Shown here piece after piece: positions 62,985 to 64,000 of a stretch of 64,000 bases of DNA (its first letter is position 1; each line of letters opens with the position of its first letter). The notes under the pieces are model-generated. The model made no database searches and was not told the DNA's origin. It was given only the letters and a program-made list of their open reading frames with translations. Position numbers and translations under genes: made by a program. The DNA comes from Mobula hypostoma (Eukaryota): NCBI RefSeq assembly GCF_963921235.1, contig NC_086097.1:151468001-151532000 (forward strand), read 5' to 3'.

Positions 62985-64000
62985 ACACTGCAATCAATCC
63001 AACCCTTCCATCCTACACAGCTTATAATCCATCACTTTTCTTACCACTACCTATCTAAGAATCTCTTTAATGTTCCTATTGTATCAGGCATCACTACCAC
63101 TCCTGGCAGTATGTTCCAGGCACCTATCACTCTATGTAAAGAACCAGCTTTAAACATCTCCATTCATCTTAAAATGAATCTCCTCTTATACCAGCCATTG
63201 CAGAAAAAAAGTGCTGGCTCTCCACTGTGTCTGTGCCTCTCATAATCCTATACACCTCTAACCAATTGCTCTCATCCTCCTTCACAGGAAAGAGAAAGGG
63301 CCTAGTTGGTCAGCTTTTTCTCATAAGATGTTCTCAAATCCAGGTAGTATCCTGGTAAGTCTTCTCTGCACTATCTCTAAAGCTTCCACATCCTTCCTAT
63401 AATGAGGCACAATACTCCAAAGGTATTATAACCAGGGTTATATAGAGCTGTAACATTGCTTCATAGCTCTTGAACTCAATTGCCTAACCAATGAAGGCCA
63501 GCTCACTATACACGTTCATAACCATCCTATCAACTTAGGCATACAACTTCAAGAAATCAATGGATACCAAGATCCCTTTGTTCCTCCTCACTGCTAATAA
63601 TCCTGCTATTAATCTTGTACTCTGCCTTCAAGCTCAATCTTCCAAAGTATATCAATTCACACTTTTCTAGACTGAACTCTGTCTACCACTTCTCTGCTCA
63701 GCTCCACATCCAATTTATATCCCTTTATGACATGTGACAACCTTCTATACTATCCCCCAGCACCAACCTTTGTATCATCTGCCAACTGACTAAACCACCT
63801 TTCACTTCCTCATGCAAGTCATTGATCAAAATCACAAAGAGCTGGGTTCCCACAACAATGCCTGAAAAATACCATTAGTCAGAGACCTTCAGGTAGAATA
63901 TTCTCCATCTATTACCAGCCTCTGACTTTGTGGACTAGCCAATTCAGAATCTTCACAGCCATTTCTGCCTGGATCCCATGCTTTGAGTCATAGCACTGAA
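62985..64000 (-). mobile_element. degraded CR1 3' part (runs off the window end)
   Basis: Reverse-strand gcagatgatacaaag (ADDTK) at ~63770-63783; CR1 3' UTR at ~62990. Confidence 0.8.

Noticed and set aside
1..64000. Prokaryotic-type systems (CRISPR arrays, operons, defence islands)
   Set aside because: The sequence is clearly vertebrate intronic DNA; no regularly spaced repeat-spacer array was seen.

Overview
Vertebrate genomic DNA, most likely from a cartilaginous fish (ray/shark): abundant CR1 LINEs, V-SINE/HE1-like and DeuSINE-like SINEs, and Penelope-derived hairpin repeats. The window lies inside a + strand KHDRBS (Sam68/SLM) family gene, most likely KHDRBS3. Only two short Tyr-rich exons are visible (13743-13825, 60384-60442), separated by a ~46.6 kb intron. 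The rest is mostly nested transposon debris: CR1, Rex1/Babar, Penelope, Tc1, Tigger, hAT, SINEs, a solo LTR and two defective Gypsy elements. The main finding is a complete but non-autonomous 4.2 kb Gypsy element (19023-23218; two LTRs, tRNA-Pro PBS, PPT). Its RT C-terminus, RNase H and integrase are replaced by ~800 bp of intronless, internally deleted sarcomeric myosin heavy chain rod sequence (MYH16-like), in the same frame as pol at the junction. This looks like host mRNA transduction by an LTR retrotransposon. All family calls come from remembered motifs, not database searches, and boundaries of degraded repeats are approximate.
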